NCBI GenBank assembly: GCA_964473485.1
Contig: CAYYPH010000019.1
Span: forward strand, 2,668 to 66,667
Length of the DNA stretch: 64,000 nucleotides
Origin: an uncultured Prolixibacteraceae bacterium
GTDB taxonomy: Bacteria > Bacteroidota > Bacteroidia > Bacteroidales > FEN-979
Reading direction: 5' to 3'
Every line of letters begins with the position of its first letter. The stretch's first letter is position 1. Position numbers and translations under genes: made by a program. The notes beneath the pieces were generated by a model. The model was not told the DNA's origin. It saw only the letters and a list, made by a program, of their open reading frames with translations, and ran no database searches. Positions 25,877-34,541 of this stretch are shown here, piece by piece.

Positions 25877-28276
25877 ATGTCGGTAATGTTCAGTTCTCTC
25901 CGCCTGATACCTTTCCGGGCATATCTGCTGGTATTCCTTGTCATTCTGGTCAATTCCATTTACTTCTGTTACAAAGGCAAATATCCGGACGACGGAATGA
26001 TCCTTCGATCAGAAAATGGCCGGTGGATCGCTGATCAATTCAGGCATGGCAGTCCTGCGTATAACGCGGGTGTCAGATCCGGTGACATCATACGTTCCAT
26101 TGGTGGAGGGTCGGTTGAAGCCTGGCTCAACAATAATTCAGGGCTGAAGGCCGGCGAAACAGTCATTTACCGGATTGAAAGAAACGGCCGTCCTCTCCAG
26201 ATAAGGGTTACAATGACTTCCTATTTTTCAGAGGCGGCCGGTTTTTTCTGGCTGATCCTTATTCTACCCACCATGTTCAGCATTGCATCGCTTTACCTGC
26301 TGTGGAAAAAACCGAAAGAAAAGGCCGCCTGGCTGTTTTTCATCTTTCTACAGTTGTTCGCGGTAAACACAAACGCATTATCCCTGCATTTTCCGGAATT
26401 TTTATCCATCCTGGCTTGCAATGTCTTTTTATTGTCCGGGACATTGCTTGGCCCTGTCCTGATCCATTTCCACCTGGTTTTCCCCAAACCTGCCAGCCTC
26501 CTCAGGCGCTTTACATGGCTCCCGCTCGTTTTCTACCTCGCGGGTATCCTGATTTTCATTCCCTATTCCATCATTCAATACCATTGGGCAATTTCTGATC
26601 TGCGCATCGGCACCATGTACGGTGATATGGACCGGATTGGTCTTACCTGGATGGCGCTGGCCTATACGATTGCTTTGCTTACAGCCATCTATCAGTTATT
26701 GACCAGCAGGGATACCTTGTCGCGGAATCAGCAACGAATGGTCATTATCGGTTCATTTTTTGGGTTTTTCACCCCGGTAGGATATGCCTTGTTCTATCAT
26801 TCGGTCAACCAACTGAACAATTATATCCTTTTCATCATGGTTCCCCATGGAACCGGGAGTCTGATCATGATCTGCTGCATCCTGGTGGCCATCTTTCGTT
26901 TCCACATCTGGGATATGGAGTTGATCATCCGCAAGGCCCTGCTCTACCTTGTTGCAACGGCATTCATCATCCTTTCTTATCTGCTGCTGATCTGGTTAGT
27001 GGATCTGATCGTCCTGAAGGAGTCGGATCTCAGCCGTTTTCTTGTTCTGGGCATTTCGGTGATCCTTTTCCTCGTACTGCGCGACCGGCTGCAGCGGTTT
27101 ACCGACCTGCTTTTTCACCGTGAAAGCTACGATTCAGCCACCGTCGTTTCCGGATTTGAAACCAGTCTCGCAGGGATATACCGCTTTGATGAACTGAAAG
27201 AAAAGATCGCACAAAGCATCGACGCGATCTTTCATTTCAAATCCTTTGCCTTTAATCTGAAGAAGAAAGGGCTGATCTATGACCCGGTATTTGTCCTCGG
27301 CGCCGGCAGTTCCGTCGAGGGGCAGGAATATGGGATAGACCGGGAGTTTGAAGACAGACTTCGGAAATCGAAGGTCTTTTCCCCGAAAGAAATAACCAAC
27401 AAACCTCAAATATTTGAAAAAATCAACGGCGAACTGGTCATTCCCATGGTGTCCGGCGGGCAACCGAACGGTTTCTTCATATGCGGGCAGAAGAGGTCGG
27501 AAAGGATCTACTCGAGACAGGACATCCAGTTGCTGCATCTGCTTGCACAGCGGGTGATTGCACTGCTGCATACGGCCGGTCTTTTTCAAAAAGACCTGGA
27601 CCGTCAGCTCATGCTTGAAAGGGAAAGGGCGAGGATCTCGCACGACATGCACGATGACGTAGGAGCCAGTCTTACCCGTATCTCCATCCTAAGCGAACTC
27701 GCAAAAAACAAGGCAGAAACAGACAAGGAGACCAGGCAATGGCTTGAACAGATCTCCTCCACGTCGCGCAGCGTCACCGAGGAGATGAGCCAGATCATCT
27801 GGGCGCTGAACCCGAAGAATGACACACTGGAAGGCCTGATCGCCTACATCCGGCGTTTCGTCGGCGAATACCTCGAACCGACCTCCGTTTCCTGCCGGTT
27901 CAACCTGCCTGATTGCCTGCCGGACCTGCCGCTGACCGTTGAAGTTCGCCGGAATATTTACCTGGTCGTCAGGGAGGCATTGCACAATGTGGTCAAGCAT
28001 TCAGAGGCGAGTGAGGTTGTCATAGGCCTCACCTCCGTTGGAGATTCTTTGACCTCACCCCCCAGCCCCCTCTCCTTCAAGGAGAGGGGGAGTAAGGGGG
28101 AGAAGTCATTTACTATCTCCATCTCCGACAACGGCAAAGGGTTCGATCCCTCCGCCCTGGAATTCCCAGGCAACGGGCTGGTCAACATGAAAAAGAGGAT
28201 GGAAGAAACCGGCGGGAGGCTTGACTTGAAGAGTGTACCAGGTGAAGGAACAATGGTAAAACTTGAGATTCCGTGA
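25877..28276 (+). CDS. Sensor histidine kinase HK4 (PDZ, multi-TM, GAF-like, HisKA_3, HATPase_c)
   Basis: PDZ-like GVRSGDIIRSIGGGSVEAW...GETVIYRIERNGRP. H-box ERERARISHDMHDDVGASL, EALHNVVKHS, DNGKGFD...GNGLVNMKKR. Confidence 0.85.
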   Translation: MSVMFSSLRLIPFRAYLLVFLVILVNSIYFCYKGKYPDDGMILRSENGRWIADQFRHGSPAYNAGVRSGDIIRSIGGGSVEAWLNNNSGLKAGETVIYRIERNGRPLQIRVTMTSYFSEAAGFFWLILILPTMFSIASLYLLWKKPKEKAAWLFFIFLQLFAVNTNALSLHFPEFLSILACNVFLLSGTLLGPVLIHFHLVFPKPASLLRRFTWLPLVFYLAGILIFIPYSIIQYHWAISDLRIGTMYGDMDRIGLTWMALAYTIALLTAIYQLLTSRDTLSRNQQRMVIIGSFFGFFTPVGYALFYHSVNQLNNYILFIMVPHGTGSLIMICCILVAIFRFHIWDMELIIRKALLYLVATAFIILSYLLLIWLVDLIVLKESDLSRFLVLGISVILFLVLRDRLQRFTDLLFHRESYDSATVVSGFETSLAGIYRFDELKEKIAQSIDAIFHFKSFAFNLKKKGLIYDPVFVLGAGSSVEGQEYGIDREFEDRLRKSKVFSPKEITNKPQIFEKINGELVIPMVSGGQPNGFFICGQKRSERIYSRQDIQLLHLLAQRVIALLHTAGLFQKDLDRQLMLERERARISHDMHDDVGASLTRISILSELAKNKAETDKETRQWLEQISSTSRSVTEEMSQIIWALNPKNDTLEGLIAYIRRFVGEYLEPTSVSCRFNLPDCLPDLPLTVEVRRNIYLVVREALHNVVKHSEASEVVIGLTSVGDSLTSPPSPLSFKERGSKGEKSFTISISDNGKGFDPSALEFPGNGLVNMKKRMEETGGRLDLKSVPGEGTMVKLEIP
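28054..28100 (+). repeat. In-frame G/C-rich palindromic element inside the HK4 ATPase domain
   Basis: A perfect 9-bp stem CCCCTCTCC-ttcaa-GGAGAGGGG (28067..28089) followed by GAGTAAG; encodes SPPSPLSFKERGSKGE. Confidence 0.75.
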
Positions 28277-28303
28277 TACACACCCTCTCAGGGTGCAGGT
28301 AAG

Positions 28304-28353
28304 AAATACTACTTTTTGGTGATACCTTTTCTCTTGCGATCATTGTAATTTAG
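28304..28353 (+). promoter_or_regulatory. Box B operator-promoter, copy 3 (upstream of RR3)
   Basis: AAATACTACTTTTTGGTGATACC, then TAATTTAG at 28346 (39 nt; an imperfect -7 box). ATG at 28371. Confidence 0.45.
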
Positions 28354-28370
28354 CTGTTAATTAATATCGG

Positions 28371-29024
28371 ATGAAATACACGGGAAATGAATATACAGAA
28401 CCTATCCGGATTGCCCTGGTAGAAGATGATAAAACCGTCAGGGAAGGATTGCAGATGCTCCTCAATGGCTCCCCCGGATTCACCTGCGTGGCTGCATACA
28501 ACAGCGGGGAAGATGCCCTTGCAGGGATTCCTGATATGCTGCCGGAAGTGACGCTTATGGACATCAACCTTCCCGGCATCAACGGTATCGAATGTATACT
28601 TAAGCTCAAGGAACAGCAATTACCCATTCTCTTCATCATGCTGACGGTTTTCGAAGACGCCGACGCCATCTTCCGGTCGCTTTCAGCAGGTGCATGCGGA
28701 TATTTACTCAAACATACCCCACCCGCAAAACTGCTGGAAGCCATCCAGGATGTCTACCGGGGCGGTTCTCCCATGTCGGGGGAGATCGCACGAAAGGTGG
28801 TTCAGTCATTTCAGCAGGTACCCGCAAAAAACCATGACCAGGCCAACCTGACGAAACGGGAAGAGGAGATCCTCAACCTCCTGTCGCAAGGATATTTTTA
28901 CAAAGAGATCGCCCATTCTCTTTCCATCAGCGTCGAAACCGTCCGCACCCACATTCGCAACATCTACGAAAAGCTACAGGTCAGGACCCGGACGGAGGCA
29001 ATTCTGAAGTACTTGGGAAAGTAG
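28371..29024 (+). CDS. NarL/FixJ (LuxR-type HTH) response regulator RR3
   Basis: IALVEDDKTVREGL...TLMDINLPGING; [46 protein letters not shown]. By eye about 70% identical to RR2. Confidence 0.9.
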   Translation: MKYTGNEYTEPIRIALVEDDKTVREGLQMLLNGSPGFTCVAAYNSGEDALAGIPDMLPEVTLMDINLPGINGIECILKLKEQQLPILFIMLTVFEDADAIFRSLSAGACGYLLKHTPPAKLLEAIQDVYRGGSPMSGEIARKVVQSFQQVPAKNHDQANLTKREEEILNLLSQGYFYKEIAHSLSISVETVRTHIRNIYEKLQVRTRTEAILKYLGK

Positions 29025-29064
29025 GCAGTAGGCAGTTTCAAGTTGGCAGTTGCCAGTTGGCAGT
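29021..29064. repeat. Heptamer array GTAGGCAG/AGTTGGCAG (reverse complement of the 12614 unit family)
   Basis: Read directly. The RR3 stop TAG is inside the first unit (AAGTAGGCAGTAGGCAG). Confidence 0.9.
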
Positions 29065-29096
29065 CGATCGTAAACGGGAGTCACCAGAAAAAATAT

Positions 29097-30449
29097 ATGG
29101 CCATGAAAACAAAATGTTCATTATTTGCGATTTTCCTTTTTGCCACCATTTTTACCATGGGGCAATGGACCACCACCTATTTTTCGCAGGCAGTCATTCG
29201 AACGGGTGGTGTGAAACTCGGCAACAAAGCTTGTTTCGCGGGGGGCTCGTCGGCCAACGCGGGAAACTGGTTTGATACCGACAATATCGAGATCTACGAC
29301 ATGGCAACCGGGACCTGGGAGATCGACCATCTGACCCAGGCACGAGCCTATGCCGTCGGGGTGACCTGCGGCGACAAGGCTTTTTTCGCCGGGGGGTTGA
29401 TGAGCTATCCTTTTCCTTCATCAAGAGTGGATATCATTACCACTGCAGGGATATGGGATTATTACGACCTCTCCATCCCCAGGTTTTCCCTTGCTGCGGT
29501 GGCCAACGACACCCTGGCATTGTTTGCAGGCGGTGTGGATATCAGCCTGAACCAGGTTTATGATGTGGTCGACATGTACCATGCGAACACAAATACCTGG
29601 ACGCTTTCAAACCTCTCGGTACCGCGGTGCGCAATGGGATTTGCGGCGGTCGGCGGCCGGGCCTTCTTTGCCGGGGGCATGAATGTCGACAACAGCATGG
29701 TTTACAACAGGGTCGACATCTACAATTTTTCCGACGGAACCTGGGACACGGCTTCCCTCTCGCAGGCAAGGGGCCATATCGGGACCACTGTGGTCGGCCA
29801 GAAGGTGATCTTTGCCGGGGGCAGCCTGGCAAACAGCGTGGTGAGCGACCGGGTCGACATCTTTGACCTGGGCACAGGCCAATGGAGCACTACGACCATG
29901 CCCGCGCCCAAGGCATTTTCCATCCATCAATCGGTTACCTTCGGCGATAAAGCCTGGTTCGTTGCAGGATCCGTCTTCAACAACGGCTGGGATACCGATT
30001 CGGATACCATCGACATCTTTGACCCGGCCGACAACACCTGGTCGGTTTTGATCATGCCGAGCCGGCTCAACGACCATACGGTGATTGTGATGGACACCTC
30101 GGTGCTGATCGGGGGCGGCTGGACATTCACAACCTACCCCTGGGGAAATCCACAGGACGAGATGTATATCTACAGTGATCCCTCCGTTGGCACCGGCCGC
30201 AACCATCCAAATAGCAAAGATATGGTGCTGTATCCCAATCCTGCCAGGGGAACGATTACGATCGAAACACGGAGGGTTCCGGCAGGAACAAGTCTAATCA
30301 TCTCCGGCATTCAGGGTCGCCCCCATATGGTTGTACCCATCACCCAGGGAAGAGCGACGGCCGACATCCGGGAGTTGCCGGCAGGCATCTATATTGTGCA
30401 GCTGACAACCGCAAACTCTTCATTGGTCGCAAAGTTTGTCAAGGAGTGA
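29097..30449 (+). CDS. Kelch-repeat (six-blade) protein with T9SS tail
   Basis: The start is trimmed to MAMKTKCSLFAIFLFATIFTMGQW. Six units of the form FFAGG...V(D)IY(D)...G(T)W. Tail YPNPARGTITIET...LPAGIYIVQL...AKFVKE. Confidence 0.75.
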   Translation: MAMKTKCSLFAIFLFATIFTMGQWTTTYFSQAVIRTGGVKLGNKACFAGGSSANAGNWFDTDNIEIYDMATGTWEIDHLTQARAYAVGVTCGDKAFFAGGLMSYPFPSSRVDIITTAGIWDYYDLSIPRFSLAAVANDTLALFAGGVDISLNQVYDVVDMYHANTNTWTLSNLSVPRCAMGFAAVGGRAFFAGGMNVDNSMVYNRVDIYNFSDGTWDTASLSQARGHIGTTVVGQKVIFAGGSLANSVVSDRVDIFDLGTGQWSTTTMPAPKAFSIHQSVTFGDKAWFVAGSVFNNGWDTDSDTIDIFDPADNTWSVLIMPSRLNDHTVIVMDTSVLIGGGWTFTTYPWGNPQDEMYIYSDPSVGTGRNHPNSKDMVLYPNPARGTITIETRRVPAGTSLIISGIQGRPHMVVPITQGRATADIRELPAGIYIVQLTTANSSLVAKFVKE

Positions 30450-30463
30450 CCGGCCATACCCAG

Positions 30464-30513
30464 AAATACTACTAATTGGTGATTGATTCCCCCTCGTCAC
30501 AAAAGTAACTTTG
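30464..30513 (+). promoter_or_regulatory. Box B operator-promoter, copy 4 (upstream of Ycf48-like copy 2)
   Basis: AAATACTACTAATTGGTGATTGA, then TAACTTTG at 30506, 39 nt from TACTAC. Confidence 0.5.
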
Positions 30514-30669
30514 TTCGTCGGTTATCAACTGCACTGCCCGGATACCTGATAAGACTGATCATCCACCGGACACCGCGCTGATCGATATTCCCCAATGGCG
30601 ACAGGACATCATTTGTCAAAATTTCATAAGACCATGAAAAATATTGGTTCGAAGAAACACAAACCGAAT

Positions 30670-32736
30670 ATGAAAAGAATTAACCTCCTGATGATGGCAC
30701 TCTGGCTGACCGGGGTGAATGCCATCGCCCAATGGCAAACGGTCAATCCGCTGCCGACCGGGCAAAGTTTATACGGCCAATGCTTTACGGATGAAAACAC
30801 CGGGTACCTGGTTGGTTACAACGGGGTTATCTTTAAAACTGTGGATGGTGGCGACAGTTGGAAAAGCAAGGAATCAGCAACCACCGAAGTGCTCTGCAGT
30901 GTCTCCTTCCCCGATGCACTCAACGGCTACGCAGCCGGCGAGCACGGAACCATCGTAAAAACGACCGATGGCGGGAATACCTGGGTTTCGCTTAACACGG
31001 GTTCATACGTCGATCTTTCATCCATATGTTTTACGGATGCAACTACCGGTTATGCAGCCGGGTTTGGAGGGACCATCCTGAAAACCACCGACGGGGGCGT
31101 CACCTGGCTGTCCAAACAGGCCGGGACCACGCGGTGGCTCCGTTCCGTTTGCTTTCCTACCGCGTCGACTGGCTATGCAGTGGGCGACAGCGGAACCATC
31201 CTCAAGACCGTCAACGGAGGAAACAGCTGGAATCTGCTCTCTTCCAACACCACGCATCGCCTGTATTCTGTTGACTTTGTGGATGAAATCCGGGGATTTG
31301 CAGTGGGGGGCACCGAGGCGGCCGCATTGCAGGGGGTCATCCTCCGGACCACGGATGGCGGGCAGTCGTGGGGAATCTATCCAACGTCATTCAACCAGGT
31401 ACTGACATCGGTCTCCTTTCCTTCTGCAAATACCGCTTATGCCGTCGGTTTCAACGGTAAAATGGTCAGAACCACCGATGCTGGAGTGACCTGGAATGCC
31501 GTTTCCACCGGGAATCCGAATCAGTTGAACTCAGTCTTATTCACCAGCGCATCAAACGGCAGGATTATTGGCAATGACGGTACCATAATCTATACAGCCA
31601 ACGGCGGAGATGCATGGACACGGCAAGGAGCTGTCACCGCAAAGGGACTCCGGGATCTCTGCTTCCCCACTCCATCGGTGGGGTATACCGCCGGCCTTTC
31701 GGGAACCATTCTTAAAACGACCGATGGCGGAAACAGCTGGAACCGCCTGGAGTCGGGCACTCCGGCCGACTTCTTTGCCATCGATTTCCCGGAACCGGGC
31801 GTTGGGTATGTTACAGGCTGGAGTGGCAGGATCTTAAAAACCACCGACGGAGGATTAACGTGGGTCTCATTGCCCGTTGGGCCTCAGCCGCCCCTGTTTT
31901 GCGTCCGTTTCCAGGATGTTAACACCGGTTATGCCGCCGGGATGAATGGAGTCATCCTGAAGACCACGAATGGAGGGACGAGCTGGACCCCACTGGCCAC
32001 CGGGGTCACGGAATGGATCTTCACCCTCTGTTTCCCTGATCCGGCCACCGGGTATGCCTTTACCTATGATGGATCGGTACTAAAGACGACCGATAGCGGC
32101 GTAACCTGGAGCAAGATCTACGCTTCCGAAGACCTGAGCCTGATCTCGGCAGATTTCACCGATACCGCCACCGGTTGTGCGGTGGGCACCAACGGTACCA
32201 TCCTCAGGACCACCGACGGAGGTGCGACCTGGACCAGCATACCATCGGGAACCAATTACAGGCTGATGGATGTGCAGTTCCTGGATGACGACCGGGGTTT
32301 TATCTCGGGTGATCACGGAATGATCTTAAAGACTGTGAACGGAGGACTATCCTGGTCAAGCCAGAACTCAGGAACCAGCTATGATCTTCCGGCTGTTTGT
32401 TTTTATGATGCCAACCACGGATGTGCCGTGGGTGACTTTGGCACGATCCTGACCGGGCTGGATTACGGGGTCGGCAATTACGAGAATGCGCAACAGGCCG
32501 GTCTTTTCATCTTCCCCAATCCTGCCACTGATTGGGTATCCATCGGAGCCCCGGATGCATCCGTTTCATTCCCGGCTGAAGTATCCATTTTCGGGATCGA
32601 CGGGAAGGAAGTGATCCGATGGGAAACCAGTAAAAGGACCGTTAAAACCGATGTCCGGACATTACCCCCCGGGCTTTATTTCGTTCGATACCGGGCTGAT
32701 GACAGGGCCTTTACGGGAAAATTCGTCAGGCCTTGA
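30670..32736 (+). CDS. Ycf48/BNR-like beta-propeller repeat protein with T9SS tail, copy 2
   Basis: The start is trimmed to MKRINLLMMALWLTGVNAIAQW (ATGs at 30595 and 30634 are also possible). Same GTIxKTTDGGxxW repeat as 16178..18238 but GC-rich. Tail FPNPATDWVSIG...LPPGLYFVRY...GKFVRP. Confidence 0.75.
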   Translation: MKRINLLMMALWLTGVNAIAQWQTVNPLPTGQSLYGQCFTDENTGYLVGYNGVIFKTVDGGDSWKSKESATTEVLCSVSFPDALNGYAAGEHGTIVKTTDGGNTWVSLNTGSYVDLSSICFTDATTGYAAGFGGTILKTTDGGVTWLSKQAGTTRWLRSVCFPTASTGYAVGDSGTILKTVNGGNSWNLLSSNTTHRLYSVDFVDEIRGFAVGGTEAAALQGVILRTTDGGQSWGIYPTSFNQVLTSVSFPSANTAYAVGFNGKMVRTTDAGVTWNAVSTGNPNQLNSVLFTSASNGRIIGNDGTIIYTANGGDAWTRQGAVTAKGLRDLCFPTPSVGYTAGLSGTILKTTDGGNSWNRLESGTPADFFAIDFPEPGVGYVTGWSGRILKTTDGGLTWVSLPVGPQPPLFCVRFQDVNTGYAAGMNGVILKTTNGGTSWTPLATGVTEWIFTLCFPDPATGYAFTYDGSVLKTTDSGVTWSKIYASEDLSLISADFTDTATGCAVGTNGTILRTTDGGATWTSIPSGTNYRLMDVQFLDDDRGFISGDHGMILKTVNGGLSWSSQNSGTSYDLPAVCFYDANHGCAVGDFGTILTGLDYGVGNYENAQQAGLFIFPNPATDWVSIGAPDASVSFPAEVSIFGIDGKEVIRWETSKRTVKTDVRTLPPGLYFVRYRADDRAFTGKFVRP

Positions 32737-32867
32737 ATCGGATCCGTGCCCGGCAGTTCAGGATGATTTTGAACACGGGAGAATTCCGGCATGTTGGAAC
32801 AAGCATCAGACCAAGCATCAACGACTGAATCAAAACAAGACAAAATGAAATAATAATTCCCCTTGCC

Positions 32868-34541
32868 ATGAAAAAGAACATCATCGCTATAATGCCCGGC
32901 CTCCTCGTGGTTCTTCTGTTGATGCCGGCATCCGCCCTAACGCAAGTCTTAAACAACGCCGCTGACAAGATTATCGTGAAATTCATTGAACCGATTGATC
33001 CGGTTATTTCCAGGAACAGTGACCAGGTCATCCGGTTTAACCTTCCGGAGGTAGATGAATTGAATACCCGGTATGGTTGTCAGGAAGCACGCAGGCTGCT
33101 CCAGGGGCCGAAGAGTATGAACCGGTCCCGAATCTGGTTACTGAGGTTCAGGGGCGCACCCGATATTGCCACATTAATCCGTGAATACCAGGCAACCGGC
33201 CATTTCCGTTATGTAGAACCTGACTGGACCGGCACGTTGGCCGGGACCCATTCACCGGATGATCCACCCAGCGACCTCTATTTTTACCGCCAATGGTCTT
33301 TGTTTAACGACGGGACCTTCCCATACATGCCCGCCAAAATCGGGGCGGATATCGACATGCTGCCGGCGTGGGAGATTGAAGAAGGCGACTCCGCCCTCAT
33401 AGCCGGCATCCTCGACACCGGGTGCAAACTGGATCATCCCGAGTTTTCAGGCAGGATCTGGACAAACGATGGCGAAATTCCGGGTAACGGGATCGATGAT
33501 GACAACAATGGTTTCATTGACGACGTGCATGGGTGGAACTTCGCCTATGGGAACAATGATCCTACCGACGACAACGGGCACGGGACCTGTGTTGCCGGTG
33601 TCCTGGGTGCGAATGGAAACAACGGGATGGGTTACGCCGGCGTGAACTGGCACTGCAAGCTGCTGAATATGAAAGTGCAGGACAATATGGGCTACGGCTA
33701 TTACTCCGCCTGGATCGATGCCATTCACTACTGCGTTGAAAACGGTGCCAGGGTGCTGAACATGTCGCTCGGCGGAACCCAGAACTCAAATGCGCTGCAC
33801 GATGCCATCGATTATGCCTTGTCGCACAACGTGGCCATCGTGGCGGCCATGGGGAACAACAACACGGTTTTGCCGTTGTATCCGGCCGCATACCCGGGTG
33901 TGATCGCAGCCGGGTCAACCGATCCCGACGACACCCGGTCCTTGCCATTTGTTGGTGGAGAGGCAGGCAGCAATTATGGTCAGCACATCTCGGTGGTCGC
34001 CCCCGGAAACTATATTTTCGGCCTCGATTACCTCCATGACTATGAATATTACTGGGCGTGGTCAGGTACCTCGTTTGCCACGCCGCATATTGCCGGGGTA
34101 GCCTCCCTCCTGTTCTCCCAGGATCCAGGCAGGACGCCCGCCGCGGTCAAGTCCATCATGGAAAATACCGCCGATGACCTGGTGGGCAATCCCTACGAAG
34201 ATACACCGGGCTGGGACCAGTATTATGGCTATGGACGGCTCAATGCCTTCCAGGCTTTATCGGGGGATAAATCGTTAAGGATGCATGCGTTGGCTGTGGA
34301 GCCGATACTCATCTTCCCAAACCCAACCAGCGGACCCGTGACCATCACACAAAGGACTTCTTCACCCGGATTGCCTTCCGAGATCATCATCACCGACATC
34401 CTGGGCAGGGAACATTCCCGAACACCTGCGTCTACCGCGTCAACGCACCTAAACCTGGGTTCTGAGCCCGCGGGGATCTACCAGGTGACCGTTACCGACG
34501 GTAAAAAGATCTGGAGGGGGAACGTGGCAGTGGTCAGGTAA
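32868..34541 (+). CDS. Subtilisin-like S8 serine peptidase with T9SS tail
   Basis: Catalytic triad contexts ILDTGCKLDHPEF, HGTCVAGVLGA, GTSFATPHIAGVASLL. Tail FPNPTSGPVTIT...EPAGIYQVTV. Confidence 0.9.
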   Translation: MKKNIIAIMPGLLVVLLLMPASALTQVLNNAADKIIVKFIEPIDPVISRNSDQVIRFNLPEVDELNTRYGCQEARRLLQGPKSMNRSRIWLLRFRGAPDIATLIREYQATGHFRYVEPDWTGTLAGTHSPDDPPSDLYFYRQWSLFNDGTFPYMPAKIGADIDMLPAWEIEEGDSALIAGILDTGCKLDHPEFSGRIWTNDGEIPGNGIDDDNNGFIDDVHGWNFAYGNNDPTDDNGHGTCVAGVLGANGNNGMGYAGVNWHCKLLNMKVQDNMGYGYYSAWIDAIHYCVENGARVLNMSLGGTQNSNALHDAIDYALSHNVAIVAAMGNNNTVLPLYPAAYPGVIAAGSTDPDDTRSLPFVGGEAGSNYGQHISVVAPGNYIFGLDYLHDYEYYWAWSGTSFATPHIAGVASLLFSQDPGRTPAAVKSIMENTADDLVGNPYEDTPGWDQYYGYGRLNAFQALSGDKSLRMHALAVEPILIFPNPTSGPVTITQRTSSPGLPSEIIITDILGREHSRTPASTASTHLNLGSEPAGIYQVTVTDGKKIWRGNVAVVR

